31,680 nt of DNA from Clostridia bacterium. Lineage in GTDB: Bacteria > Bacillota > Clostridia > Christensenellales > UBA1242. Each line of letters begins with the position of its first letter. Within the stretch, counting starts at the first letter, position 1. Shown here piece after piece: positions 23,101 to 31,680 of this stretch. A program made the translations under genes and the position numbers. The stretch is taken from assembly GCA_045538175.1 (NCBI GenBank), contig JAZSQZ010000152.1:1-31680 (forward strand). The letters are read 5' to 3'. The notes under the pieces are model-generated. The model did no database searches and was not told the origin of the DNA. It saw only the letters and a program-made list of their open reading frames with translations.

Positions 23101-26100
23101 CGACGAAGTAAAAACTGACAAAATCGAGTTTACTGATTCGCAAGAAAAAGTTATAGAAATCAATGATTCAAACTTGCTTGTTTCTGCATCTGCCGGAAGT
23201 GGTAAAACTGCAACAATCATAGAAAAGATTGCAAGAGAAATTAAAGACGGCAAAGTAAATGTTGATGAACTTTTGGTTGTAACTTTTACAGAAGCTGCAA
23301 GTTTAGAAATGAAAACAAGATTATACAACAAACTTGTAGAGTATGCTGATGATAGCGAAATTGTAAGAGAAGCTTTGCAAAAAATTTCTACTGCAGACAT
23401 TTGTACATTGCATAGTTTTTGTGCAAAGGTTATAAGACAAAACTTTTACGAAACAAATCTAAACGCTTCATTTGCTGTTCTTCCTGATATGGACAGCAAA
23501 CTTTTAAAAGCACAAGCACTTGATAAAATTATTGACGACTATATAAAAAAGGACGACAAAGATTTTTCTTTGCTTTGCGAAACTTTTGATAGAGATAGGA
23601 CAAATTCAAACCTTAAAAACAATATCTTATCTTTGTATGAATTTTTATGTGCACAAGAAGATAGGGATAAGTTTGAAAAGGATATAGCTTGTTCTTGTTA
23701 TGAAAGTGATTTTTTAAAGAATCCTGCAATATTGCGCCTTAACAAAAAAATCATTGATAAAATGCTATATATAAAGAAATTGATAGAAAAATCTTTAATC
23801 GAAGCAGAAGGCATAAGTTGTGTCCCTTTTGTTGCTTTGTTTGAAGATGTCTTAAAACAACTTATTCCTTTTAATAAGAAAAATACTTTTGAAGAAAATT
23901 TTTATCATTTAAACAATTTTAGTTTGCCTAAAATGGTTGGAAAGATTGATGAACAATTTGCTTCTTTTAAAGAAAGAAAAGTTGGTCTTTGGGCATATAT
24001 CAAAGCAATTGTTGACAAACTTAAGTCACTTTGTGGCACAAGCAATATTGATACATTAAAACAAAATTTGTCTGTTGCAGGTAAAAGTTTAAACAAACTT
24101 ATGGAAGCAACAAACAAATTTAGACAAGAATATTCAAAAGCAAAAAAGCAAAGAAATGCTGTTGACTTTAACGACTTGGAAAGTTATTGTATTTCAATTT
24201 TGGAAAACAAAACAATAAGAGAACAAATTTCTAAAAACTTTAAGCAAATCTTTGTTGATGAGTATCAAGACATAAACCCAATACAAGAGAGAATTTTGCA
24301 AAAATTAACTCTTGGTGACAATATGGTTATGGTAGGAGATATAAAGCAAAGTATTTATGGCTTTAGAAATAGCACTCCTGCGATATTTATGGGTAAAAAA
24401 GAAATTTACGAAAACTATGGTGGTGGGGTGGTTATAAAGTTAAATGAAAACTTTAGAAGTGACCCTGAAATTTTAAATTTCGTAAATGATGTTTTCAAAG
24501 TCTGTATGACCGAAGACAATGGTGGTGTAAACTATCATAAAGACGGTATGCTTAAAGGTAAAAGCAAATATCAAACTTGCAACGATATTCCAAAAGTTGT
24601 TGTAAAAATTATTGATACACAAACCGAAAAAGAAGAAAAAGAAAGATGTGATGGCACAGTTTATTCTGTTGTAGAAGATGACAGTAAGTATGTAAAACGC
24701 CTTAGCGAATCTGTTTGTGAAGCACGCCTTATTGCAGATTCAATAAATAATCTTATCGGCAAAAAGATATACGACTTAAAGTCAAAAACCGAAAAAGAAA
24801 TTACATATAAAGATATTACTATTATGTGTAGGACAAATAGCATCTTAAAAGAAATCTGTCAAGAATTATCAAATCAAAATATTCCTGTGCTTGCAAAGTC
24901 TAATGAAAACTTATATAAAAACACAGATGTTTTGTTTTTGGTGTCTTTGCTAAAACTTATAAACAACCCACATGATGATTTAAGTTTGGTTACAGTTTTA
25001 AGCAATCCTATTTTCGATATTTCTTTTGACGACTTAGCAGAAATAAAGGTTAACACAAATTGTGATAATTTTTATATGTCTGTAAAAGAATATCTACTTA
25101 ACAATAAAAATCAAATATGTGAAAAAATAAATAATGTATTATCTGTTATAGATGACGCTAGAGAAAAAATTGTTTTTTCTTCTATTTATGAAATCTTGCA
25201 TTATTTTCAAAATCAATTTGATTTTATGAATTTTTATTTGTCTTTGCCTAATGGTAGAAAAAGACACAAAACAATCACACAATTTATAAACCACTTTTTA
25301 TCTGCAAGTTACAACGAAAACTTGGTTGATTATATTGATTATGTCGACAATTTTGCAAGCAACGCTGTTGCAGATTTTTCTGTTGTAAGCAGCGATAATA
25401 GTGTAAAACTTGAAACTATTCACGCAAGCAAGGGGTTAGAATATCCTATTGTTTTTGTTGCTGGTTGTGGGGCAGGTTTTTCGAATATGAGTTTTAGAGA
25501 TGATGTTTTGAAAAACTCTGAGTTGGGTTTAGGTGTAGATTGTTATGACCTTTTAGCACACAAAAAAGAAAAGACAGTTGCACGAAATGTTATTGCCGAT
25601 AAAATTAGAGAAGAAGAAGCAATGGAAGAAATGCGTCTTTTATATGTTGCTTTAACTCGTGCAAAAAATCATTTATTTATTATAGGTGACTTAAACAGCA
25701 AGAATTTATCAACAGACGACGAAGGATTTGTTGATGACGCAAAATGTTATCTTGATTGGATTATTAAGGCATTTAAGTCAACAACAATTTCAGGTATCAA
25801 AAACAACAAAAAAGGCGTCACTCAAAAAATAAGTGACGGTGGTGTTGTTAGAATTGACACTTTCTTAAAAGAAGAATTTGAAAGGGAAGATGTTGAAGAA
25901 GATGTCGAGATTGACTTTGGCTTAAAGTGTTCAAACCACAACTTTGGTGAGTATTTTGATTATAAATACTTAAATCAAAAAAGCACAGAGTTGGCTGAGA
26001 AAAATACTGTTACAAATGTCGTAAAAGAAAATGAATTGTTTGAAGCAGTAAACTATGAACCTATAAACTTTACAACAAAAGAAAATCAAAATTATCAAGA

Positions 26101-26599
26101 CTTCGATTATGCAAAACTTGGTACTTGTTATCATAATATTTTACAAAAAATTTCTTTTGAAAATAGCGACTTAAATTATATAAAAAGTTTTATTGAAAAA
26201 GAAAAAGAGTTGTATCCTGAAGATAGAAATTATTATGATAAAGTAGAGCCCGAAAAGATAAAAAAAGCAATCGAAGAGATAAATAAATTAAACTACCGAA
26301 CACTCGTTCGGGAAAAGCGTTTTATTATGTATGTTCCACACAAAAACATTGTAGAAAATTCTACCGTTGAAGATAGGGTTTTGATACAAGGTATAGTTGA
26401 CCTTTTAGTTATGTGTGAAAACAAAAACATAATCATAGATTATAAGACAACAAAGGTGAAAAACGGCGACCAATTGGTCGAAAAATACGCCTTACAACTT
26501 AAATTATATAGGCAGGCAATCGAGAAGGCGATGGGTATAAAAGTAGACGAATTATGGATTTATTCCTTATTTTTGGATAAATTAGTAAAAATTGATTAA
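23087..26599 (+). CDS. addA: ATP-dependent helicase/nuclease subunit A (AddA), a UvrD/PcrA-type SF1 helicase with a C-terminal RecB nuclease
   Basis: Walker A reads ASAGSGKTATIIEKIAR, UvrD-like motifs follow, and the C-terminal nuclease motif reads IIIDYKTTK. The RBS is AAAGGGGG. Confidence 0.93.
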   Translation: MEKNNDEVKTDKIEFTDSQEKVIEINDSNLLVSASAGSGKTATIIEKIAREIKDGKVNVDELLVVTFTEAASLEMKTRLYNKLVEYADDSEIVREALQKISTADICTLHSFCAKVIRQNFYETNLNASFAVLPDMDSKLLKAQALDKIIDDYIKKDDKDFSLLCETFDRDRTNSNLKNNILSLYEFLCAQEDRDKFEKDIACSCYESDFLKNPAILRLNKKIIDKMLYIKKLIEKSLIEAEGISCVPFVALFEDVLKQLIPFNKKNTFEENFYHLNNFSLPKMVGKIDEQFASFKERKVGLWAYIKAIVDKLKSLCGTSNIDTLKQNLSVAGKSLNKLMEATNKFRQEYSKAKKQRNAVDFNDLESYCISILENKTIREQISKNFKQIFVDEYQDINPIQERILQKLTLGDNMVMVGDIKQSIYGFRNSTPAIFMGKKEIYENYGGGVVIKLNENFRSDPEILNFVNDVFKVCMTEDNGGVNYHKDGMLKGKSKYQTCNDIPKVVVKIIDTQTEKEEKERCDGTVYSVVEDDSKYVKRLSESVCEARLIADSINNLIGKKIYDLKSKTEKEITYKDITIMCRTNSILKEICQELSNQNIPVLAKSNENLYKNTDVLFLVSLLKLINNPHDDLSLVTVLSNPIFDISFDDLAEIKVNTNCDNFYMSVKEYLLNNKNQICEKINNVLSVIDDAREKIVFSSIYEILHYFQNQFDFMNFYLSLPNGRKRHKTITQFINHFLSASYNENLVDYIDYVDNFASNAVADFSVVSSDNSVKLETIHASKGLEYPIVFVAGCGAGFSNMSFRDDVLKNSELGLGVDCYDLLAHKKEKTVARNVIADKIREEEAMEEMRLLYVALTRAKNHLFIIGDLNSKNLSTDDEGFVDDAKCYLDWIIKAFKSTTISGIKNNKKGVTQKISDGGVVRIDTFLKEEFEREDVEEDVEIDFGLKCSNHNFGEYFDYKYLNQKSTELAEKNTVTNVVKENELFEAVNYEPINFTTKENQNYQDFDYAKLGTCYHNILQKISFENSDLNYIKSFIEKEKELYPEDRNYYDKVEPEKIKKAIEEINKLNYRTLVREKRFIMYVPHKNIVENSTVEDRVLIQGIVDLLVMCENKNIIIDYKTTKVKNGDQLVEKYALQLKLYRQAIEKAMGIKVDELWIYSLFLDKLVKID

Positions 26600-26628
26600 A
26601 ATTTTAAAATAAGTTGCGTTTATTTGTT

Positions 26629-26657
26629 TGTTTTTTATTTTTGTTTTGTGTTATACT
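26629..26657 (+). promoter_or_regulatory. Putative promoter (extended -10 TGtTATACT) for the 26721 gene
   Basis: TATACT at 26652-26657 has TG upstream. A further TATAAT lies at 26663-26668. Confidence 0.4.
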
Positions 26658-26720
26658 ACACATATAATTGATTGGCTAGATATATATTTTAAAATATAAA
26701 AACAAACAAGGAGAAAAGGT

Positions 26721-28949
26721 ATGAACTTTTTTGGATTGGGCGAAGCTAATATTTTTGATAAGGTTTCAGATTTCTTTAACCTTATCACAAGCGAAATGGG
26801 CATTCTTTATTGGTCAATAGGTGCATTGGCTTTAATGATTGTCGCATTCGTTGTTCTTTTGGTTCTTACAAAAAAATCTTACGAAGTTACATTGCTTGCA
26901 AGCGTTGAAAAACTTAACAGATATTTTTTGTCTAAACCTTTTATCACCGAAGAAAACTTGGTTGAGTTTAACCTTAAGATGAAAAGGGTTCCAAAGGTTT
27001 TAAGAACACATTGGCAAATGTATATGTTAAACAGGGAAGATACTCCTAGTGCATACATCAATGTTGACAGTTGTATCGATAAGCCTTTAAGAACAAGCGC
27101 TATCGAAAAGAATATGAAAAACTTTGCAACATTTACAATTCTTTTGGTTGCACTTTCATTGTTGGTTGGTTTTGGTGCTATCGGCTCAAGCAGTCTTGCT
27201 ATTGCTGAAGTTATTTTTCAATCATTGATTGTTCCTTGTATTATCACATTCCTTTATACAATGTTCCAACTTATTATGAACGCTTGGAAAAATGCTATCT
27301 ACTTTGACTTGTATGATACATTCCCAATGTTTGAAAGAAACTTAAACAAAGCTGTTTCAACTTTACCACCATATGTTGACTACGAAATTCTTTTCACTAA
27401 GAAAGAAATTAGAGATGGTATTCCTGTACTTCAACAATACTTAGAAAAGAGAGCATTACTCGAACAAGAAGAATTAGAAAAAGCAAGATTAAATGCTGTT
27501 GCTTGTGAAGAGTATGACTTTGCTGAACTTGGTATCGATGGCTCACTTGTTTTGGAAAGAGCTATGAAGGAAACTGAAACATTCCTTTCAAGTAAGAGAA
27601 GACTTCAAACTGAATGCGATCAAATTGAAGCTGAAAAAGAAAACTATAAAAAGAACTTCGAATCAACTTCAAAAGAATATCAAAGAAAACTTGCTGCTAG
27701 TAGAGAAAACTTAGAGAGTTTGAGACAACAACAAGAAAGTTCTACAAACCGTATCGAAGCTAACTATATTAGAAAGCAACAATCTGACGAAATCAAGAAA
27801 CAACAACAAATCGAAAAAGACAGTGACGAAGCAACTGCAAAATATAAAGAAGAACAAGCATCACTCGAAGAAGAAATCAATAAGAGAAAAGAAGAGATTG
27901 AAGAAAAGAGAAAGTTTGTTGAACAAGCTATGCTTCTTGAATTCAAACACTATGCTAACGTTCTTTACAAACGTCTTGCAGATTTTGCTGCAACACAAAG
28001 TAATCAAAAATTAGAAAAACTTGTTGCTGAAAACAATGACCTTAAATCTTTGGTTGAAGATATGCAAGGTTTCAGTGATGAAGCAACTCAACCTACTGTA
28101 AATCCAGCTGATATGGTTCAAGCAGAAGAAATTGCTCCAGAAAGCTTGTACGAAATGACTGAAGAAGAAGTTGCACAAACAGCTCAAGAAAACTATGAAA
28201 TCATAGAACAAAAAGATGCTGAAATTAAGAGCAACGAAGAACAAGAAAAGAAAGAAGCACAAGAAGCTGCTGAAAAAGCTGCACTTGAAACTGTTGAAGC
28301 AGTTGAAAATGCTGGTAGCGAACTTAAAGGCGAAGACGAAATTACAGGCGATGGCGACACAACTGTTGTTGACGACGGAACTGTTGATGGTGGTATGACA
28401 CCTGAAGCAACAGTAATGCCTGAAGAAACACCAGCAGAAGAAGTTGTCGAAGAAGCTGTTGTAGAACCTGCACCTGAAGTTGTAGAAACTGTACAACCAG
28501 AAGAAGTAATTACAGAAAACGACTTAGACGAACTTCAAAAGAAGATTGATGAAGAAAGCAACAACCTTGCAAAACAAAAGCAAGAGTTTAATGAGGAAAT
28601 CGACAAAACAATTTCAAAAATCCCTGTTGAAGAAGAAGTTGTTGAAGAAGTCGTAGAAGAACCTGTTGAAGAAATCGAAGAAGTAGAAGAAGTAGAAGAA
28701 GTTGAAGAAGAACCTGCTGAAGAAGAAGACGAAGACGAAGGTTTTGACTTAACAGCACTTACTCCAAAAACAACTGCACCTTCAAGAAGACCTGCACCTA
28801 GAAGATCAAATGCAAGCGCTAGAACAAGTGCTGCAAGAAAGAAACCTGCAAAGGCAAGAGAAAGAACAGGTGGCAGAAACGATTCAAACAGTGCAATTGA
28901 TGCAATCAATGCAGAAATGCAAAATCTTCTTAAAAACGTAAAGAAATAA
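26721..28949 (+). CDS. Hypothetical 742-aa membrane protein with an N-terminal TM segment, a hydrophobic block at about aa 135-190, a long coiled-coil/acidic region with EEV(V)EE repeats, and an Arg/Lys-rich basic C-terminal tail
   Basis: The RBS is AAGGAGAAAAGG. The first TM reads ILYWSIGALALMIVAFVVLLVLT. A block of 2-3 further TM helices follows. The repeats read EEVVEEVVEEPVEEIEEVEEVEEVEEEPAEEEDEDE. The tail reads PSRRPAPRRSNASARTSAARKKPAKARERTGGR. Confidence 0.8.
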   Translation: MNFFGLGEANIFDKVSDFFNLITSEMGILYWSIGALALMIVAFVVLLVLTKKSYEVTLLASVEKLNRYFLSKPFITEENLVEFNLKMKRVPKVLRTHWQMYMLNREDTPSAYINVDSCIDKPLRTSAIEKNMKNFATFTILLVALSLLVGFGAIGSSSLAIAEVIFQSLIVPCIITFLYTMFQLIMNAWKNAIYFDLYDTFPMFERNLNKAVSTLPPYVDYEILFTKKEIRDGIPVLQQYLEKRALLEQEELEKARLNAVACEEYDFAELGIDGSLVLERAMKETETFLSSKRRLQTECDQIEAEKENYKKNFESTSKEYQRKLAASRENLESLRQQQESSTNRIEANYIRKQQSDEIKKQQQIEKDSDEATAKYKEEQASLEEEINKRKEEIEEKRKFVEQAMLLEFKHYANVLYKRLADFAATQSNQKLEKLVAENNDLKSLVEDMQGFSDEATQPTVNPADMVQAEEIAPESLYEMTEEEVAQTAQENYEIIEQKDAEIKSNEEQEKKEAQEAAEKAALETVEAVENAGSELKGEDEITGDGDTTVVDDGTVDGGMTPEATVMPEETPAEEVVEEAVVEPAPEVVETVQPEEVITENDLDELQKKIDEESNNLAKQKQEFNEEIDKTISKIPVEEEVVEEVVEEPVEEIEEVEEVEEVEEEPAEEEDEDEGFDLTALTPKTTAPSRRPAPRRSNASARTSAARKKPAKARERTGGRNDSNSAIDAINAEMQNLLKNVKK
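28628..28740 (+). repeat. Coding simple-sequence repeat (gaagaagtn)n
   Basis: The tract reads gaagaagtagaagaagtagaagaagttgaagaagaa with period 9 and is flanked by related GAA-rich codons. Confidence 0.6.
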
Positions 28950-28962
28950 TAAAAAAATAAAA

Positions 28963-28999
28963 GGCATTATAATCTTATGATTATGATGTCTTTTTTTTT
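28963..28999. terminator. Strong bidirectional intrinsic terminator
   Basis: A 12-bp stem (GGCATTATAATC pairs with GATTATGATGTC, including 2 G·U pairs) has the loop TTAT, with A12 on the 5' side and T9 on the 3' side. Confidence 0.8.
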
Positions 29000-29003
29000 G
29001 TTT

Positions 29004-29783
29004 CTATATTCTAGCTTTGCTAAACACTGCAAGTTCACTTATTTTATTGTGCAATTTTGCATACTCAAGATTTTTTGAAGTTATTATGTTATCTTTTTTT
29101 ATAATTATCTCATTGTTTATACCATACACCGTTTTTGTTGCCTTTCTTCCTAGTAAAAAGTTTTGATTGCTGAGTATGCGTTGTTGGTTTATCCCTTCGT
29201 TTATAATAAAGTTCTTTTTTGTGTCTAAAGTTTCTATATCTTCAATTTTTGGTGGGGTAATAATTTTTTCTTCAACCGGTTGAATTGAAACAACTGTTTT
29301 TATTTCTTCTTGTTTAATCTTAAGTTTTGGTTTGAAGTTTGTGATGCTTATTTTTTTCTCTTCTGTATTTACTATAATTAAAGTTTTGCCGATATTGATA
29401 ATTTTATTAGGAGCATAAACATCTTCTTCTATATAAAAGTTTTCTATGTAAAAGTTTTTGCTTAATTCTAAGTTTTTTAGTCTTCCTAACATTTTCCCAT
29501 CAATTGTGCAACAGGAAAGATTTATAGGGTTGTTTTTTAAGTTGTCGTTTATTGTAGATAGTTGAAAAACGCCATCGTTGTTTTTTATTGTGATTGCGTT
29601 TTCGCCAATCATATATATCTTATTTATATCAAGAGCAAACTCTTCGTCGTCTTCATCAAAAAGTATAAGCCATTTTGCTTGTTTGAACTTTTCATCAAAA
29701 CTTATGTTTTTTACGGTGCCTTCATATTTTCCACTATAAAGGTTTACAACAGGCTTTGACAAAATGTCGCTTAATTTATACAT
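29004..29783 (-). CDS. Hypothetical 259-aa protein with two PRC-barrel-like (YlmC/YmxH-type) modules
   Basis: Module 1 reads LSDILSKPVVNLYSGKYEGTVKNISFDEKFKQAKWLILFD. Module 2 reads INLSCCTIDGKMLGRLKNLELSKNFYIENFYIE. A strong RBS GGAGGA lies upstream of the ATG. Confidence 0.65.
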   Translation of the reverse strand: MYKLSDILSKPVVNLYSGKYEGTVKNISFDEKFKQAKWLILFDEDDEEFALDINKIYMIGENAITIKNNDGVFQLSTINDNLKNNPINLSCCTIDGKMLGRLKNLELSKNFYIENFYIEEDVYAPNKIINIGKTLIIVNTEEKKISITNFKPKLKIKQEEIKTVVSIQPVEEKIITPPKIEDIETLDTKKNFIINEGINQQRILSNQNFLLGRKATKTVYGINNEIIIKKDNIITSKNLEYAKLHNKISELAVFSKARI

Positions 29784-29856
29784 ATATCCTCCTATAATCG
29801 TCGGCTTAATAATAATATATATGAAGGGTAGTCTTGTTTTAGTATTATAAATTTTG

Positions 29857-29886
29857 TTGACGACCTTAAAATTTTTGTGTTAAACT
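29857..29886 (+). promoter_or_regulatory. Putative promoter (TTGACG, 18 nt spacer, TGtTAAACT) for the 29920 gene
   Basis: Direct read. The -10 is weak. Confidence 0.35.
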
Positions 29887-29919
29887 TTAAAGGTTAATAG
29901 ATAATTTATCGGAATTGCT

Positions 29920-31305
29920 ATGGGACTTTTTTCGGGTTTTAAAAAATTAGTAAATAAAACTATTACACTATCGCCATATCAAAGAAGTGATATGGTTGTT
30001 TTTGCTCGCCTAAAAGGTGGTGAGTTAAAACTTGGTAGCGAAATTGAAGTCGAGGAAGGTTATTGTGCAATCTTAACTCACTTTGATAATATTTGTGATG
30101 TTTTGATGCCAGGTATTCACAAATTTGATGGTCAAGGCATGCCGATGCTATCAAAGTTTGCAAAACCTGTGAAAACAAAAACGGGATATGTTCCACCTAA
30201 AAAGATTAAAGCAGATTTATATTATATCAACTTAAAATCTTTTGATAATAACTACTTTAAAACTGTTGATAGGGTTACAGCATATAGTGGTAAAGATAAA
30301 GTTAAAATGAAAGTTGATGGCACTTATAATGTTAAAGTTACAAATGCGCTAAAACTTATGCAAACACTTTTGTCTGAACTCGCTGTTGTAAAAGAAGGAA
30401 GGGCCCTAAAAGAACTTGGTGCCTTAACGGGTGAAGCAGTTGCAAAGATATTAAATTCTAACAACTTTCAAATCCAAGACTATATGGATAGGGACCCTGA
30501 AATCACAAAAACTATTAACGAATATATAAACAAGACAATGGAGAAGTATGGCGTTGAAGACAGTTGTGTTGTTATCAATCAGTTATACTTAAAGCAAAAG
30601 CCAGAGCAAAAAGGTGATGAGCAAGATAAAAAGCAAACAAGTTCAAAAGCTGTGTCACTTGAGCCAGAAAAGGTTATTGACTTAAACAGCATAAAGGGTC
30701 TTTCTGAAGCAATAGGAAGTGTAGGCAAGAAAGATATTATAAATGTAAAACCTGTTGTTATTGGTGCAAACGAATATATTGAAAGAGAAGAAAAGAGAAA
30801 GCAAGCAGCCGCAGCACAAGCAGCAAACAATGCAAACAGTGCTGTTATAAACAATACTCAACAACAAACAAGACCACGAGATGCATATGAGATGTATTCT
30901 GGTCAGTTTGAAACAAAACAACACAAAGAACAACCTGTTCCTGAAATCATTGTTTCTCCGGTTGTAAAGGAAGAACCTATTATTGTTGCACCAAATAAAG
31001 ATGTTGATGATTCTGTTTTGGACAATATTGTAGGAAACGCTACAGAGAAAAAGAAAACAAATAAAGAAAAGAAAATCGAAGAACTTGTAAATAAGTTTGA
31101 AAAAACAAAACCTGTTGAAGTAGAATTAGAACCAAAGCGTCCTAAGAAACATTGTAAGTATTGTAACACTGCACTTGAAATGGTCGCAAAATTCTGTTAT
31201 AATTGTGGCAAGTCAACAGAAGAGTATATAAGTTGCCCTTGTTGTGGTGCTAAAAACTTTTCTGATGCTACAGAGTGTTTGTTGTGTCACAGCAAACTAA
31301 ACTAA
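29920..31305 (+). CDS. SPFH/Band-7-like (YdjI-type) protein with a Gln/Ala/Lys-rich linker and a C-terminal double zinc ribbon
   Basis: The N-terminus MGLFSGFKKL... and domain length resemble Band_7_1/YdjI-type proteins. The C-terminus reads CKYCNTALEMVAKFCYNCGKS...CPCCGAKNFSDATECLLCHSKL, which gives two CxxC...CxxC units. Confidence 0.7.
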   Translation: MGLFSGFKKLVNKTITLSPYQRSDMVVFARLKGGELKLGSEIEVEEGYCAILTHFDNICDVLMPGIHKFDGQGMPMLSKFAKPVKTKTGYVPPKKIKADLYYINLKSFDNNYFKTVDRVTAYSGKDKVKMKVDGTYNVKVTNALKLMQTLLSELAVVKEGRALKELGALTGEAVAKILNSNNFQIQDYMDRDPEITKTINEYINKTMEKYGVEDSCVVINQLYLKQKPEQKGDEQDKKQTSSKAVSLEPEKVIDLNSIKGLSEAIGSVGKKDIINVKPVVIGANEYIEREEKRKQAAAAQAANNANSAVINNTQQQTRPRDAYEMYSGQFETKQHKEQPVPEIIVSPVVKEEPIIVAPNKDVDDSVLDNIVGNATEKKKTNKEKKIEELVNKFEKTKPVEVELEPKRPKKHCKYCNTALEMVAKFCYNCGKSTEEYISCPCCGAKNFSDATECLLCHSKLN

Positions 31306-31379
31306 AGGTTAAAATACCTTATATTACTTATACTATATATATTATATTATTATATATCATATAAAAGGAGATTTTTATT

Positions 31380-31598
31380 ATGGGAAAAGTTACAAAGGAT
31401 ACTACAGTTGGTGAAATCGTAAGCAAATACAAAAACGGTGCTGAAATCTTAAGTGGTTTTGGTCTTCATTGTTTTGGTTGCCCTATGAGTCAAATGGAAA
31501 GCGTTGAAGATGCAAGTGCAGTTCATGGTGTTGATGTTGAACTTATGATTAAAAAACTTAACGAAGATTTAGAAGAAGCAACTACAGATAATAAATAA
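31380..31598 (+). CDS. Small DUF1858-type redox/disulfide domain protein (CxxC)
   Basis: TVGEIVSKYKNGAEILSGFGLHCFGCPMSQMESVEDASAVHGVDVELMIKKLN matches the DUF1858 pattern. The RBS is AAAGGAG. Confidence 0.72.
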   Translation: MGKVTKDTTVGEIVSKYKNGAEILSGFGLHCFGCPMSQMESVEDASAVHGVDVELMIKKLNEDLEEATTDNK

Positions 31599-31606
31599 TA
31601 AAAGGG

Positions 31607-31628
31607 GAGCGTTTATGCTCTCTTTTTT
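31607..31628 (+). terminator. Intrinsic terminator
   Basis: GGAGC pairs with GCTTC (one G·U pair) across the loop GTTTAT, followed by T6. Confidence 0.5.
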
Positions 31629-31680
31629 GTTTTAAATTTGGGGGTAAAAATTGGGCAAAAAAAGGGGTTTTAGTGCAACT

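Noticed and set aside
22999-25056. Minus-strand ORFs inside addB/addA (22999-23400, 23905-24117, 24661-24843, 24874-25056)
   Set aside because: They are antisense to the conserved helicase motifs.
26879-28909. Several antisense and alternative ORFs within the 742-aa gene, including the 161-aa ORF at 28011-28496 and the 124-aa poly-Ser ORF at 28535-28909
   Set aside because: They are mirror frames of GAA-repeat DNA that give poly-Phe and poly-Ser translations.
29562-31169. Opposite-strand ORFs within the PRC-barrel and SPFH genes
   Set aside because: They are low-complexity, have no SD, and are contained in better-supported CDSs.
1-31680. Search for tRNA, rRNA, CRISPR arrays, IS elements and integrases
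   Set aside because: I saw no tRNA cloverleaf hallmarks such as a GTTCGAATC-type T-arm. I saw no regularly spaced direct repeats. I saw no transposase or integrase motifs and no terminal inverted repeats flanking the orphan genes. The orphan genes appear chromosomally fixed rather than recently mobile.

Overview
This is a low-GC (~30%), gene-dense Firmicute chromosomal window. It appears to come from an endospore former, because recognisable Spo0A, SpoVG and a DUF1540-type cysteine-rich small protein are present. Most of the window is core housekeeping, and nearly all identifiable genes lie on the + strand with sigma-A-like promoters and intrinsic terminators that can be read directly. The core genes are murC, rpmE, prmC, prfA, rpmG-secE-nusG-rplK-rplA, the L10 leader with rplJ-rplL, rplI, and addB-addA (helicase-nuclease). 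Between these conserved blocks sit several unannotatable genes and oddities. There is a riboswitch-like leader with a terminator/antiterminator in front of a small unknown ORF. A DUF1385-like membrane domain is fused in-frame to PrmC. A two-gene module encodes a histone-like Lys/Ala-rich, NPF-repeat protein. An orphan, probably leaderless gene is wedged between rplA and rplJ. spo0A lies next to a zinc-ribbon protein with an extreme polyacidic tail. A minus-strand operon encodes an unknown protein plus two tandem YugP-like Zn-metallopeptidases. The AddB subunit has no Walker-A P-loop. A large membrane protein contains EEV simple-sequence repeats. A double PRC-barrel protein is divergent from an SPFH-zinc-ribbon protein. 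I see no CRISPR array, tRNA, rRNA or obvious mobile element. All product calls come from reading motifs by eye, since no searches could be run.
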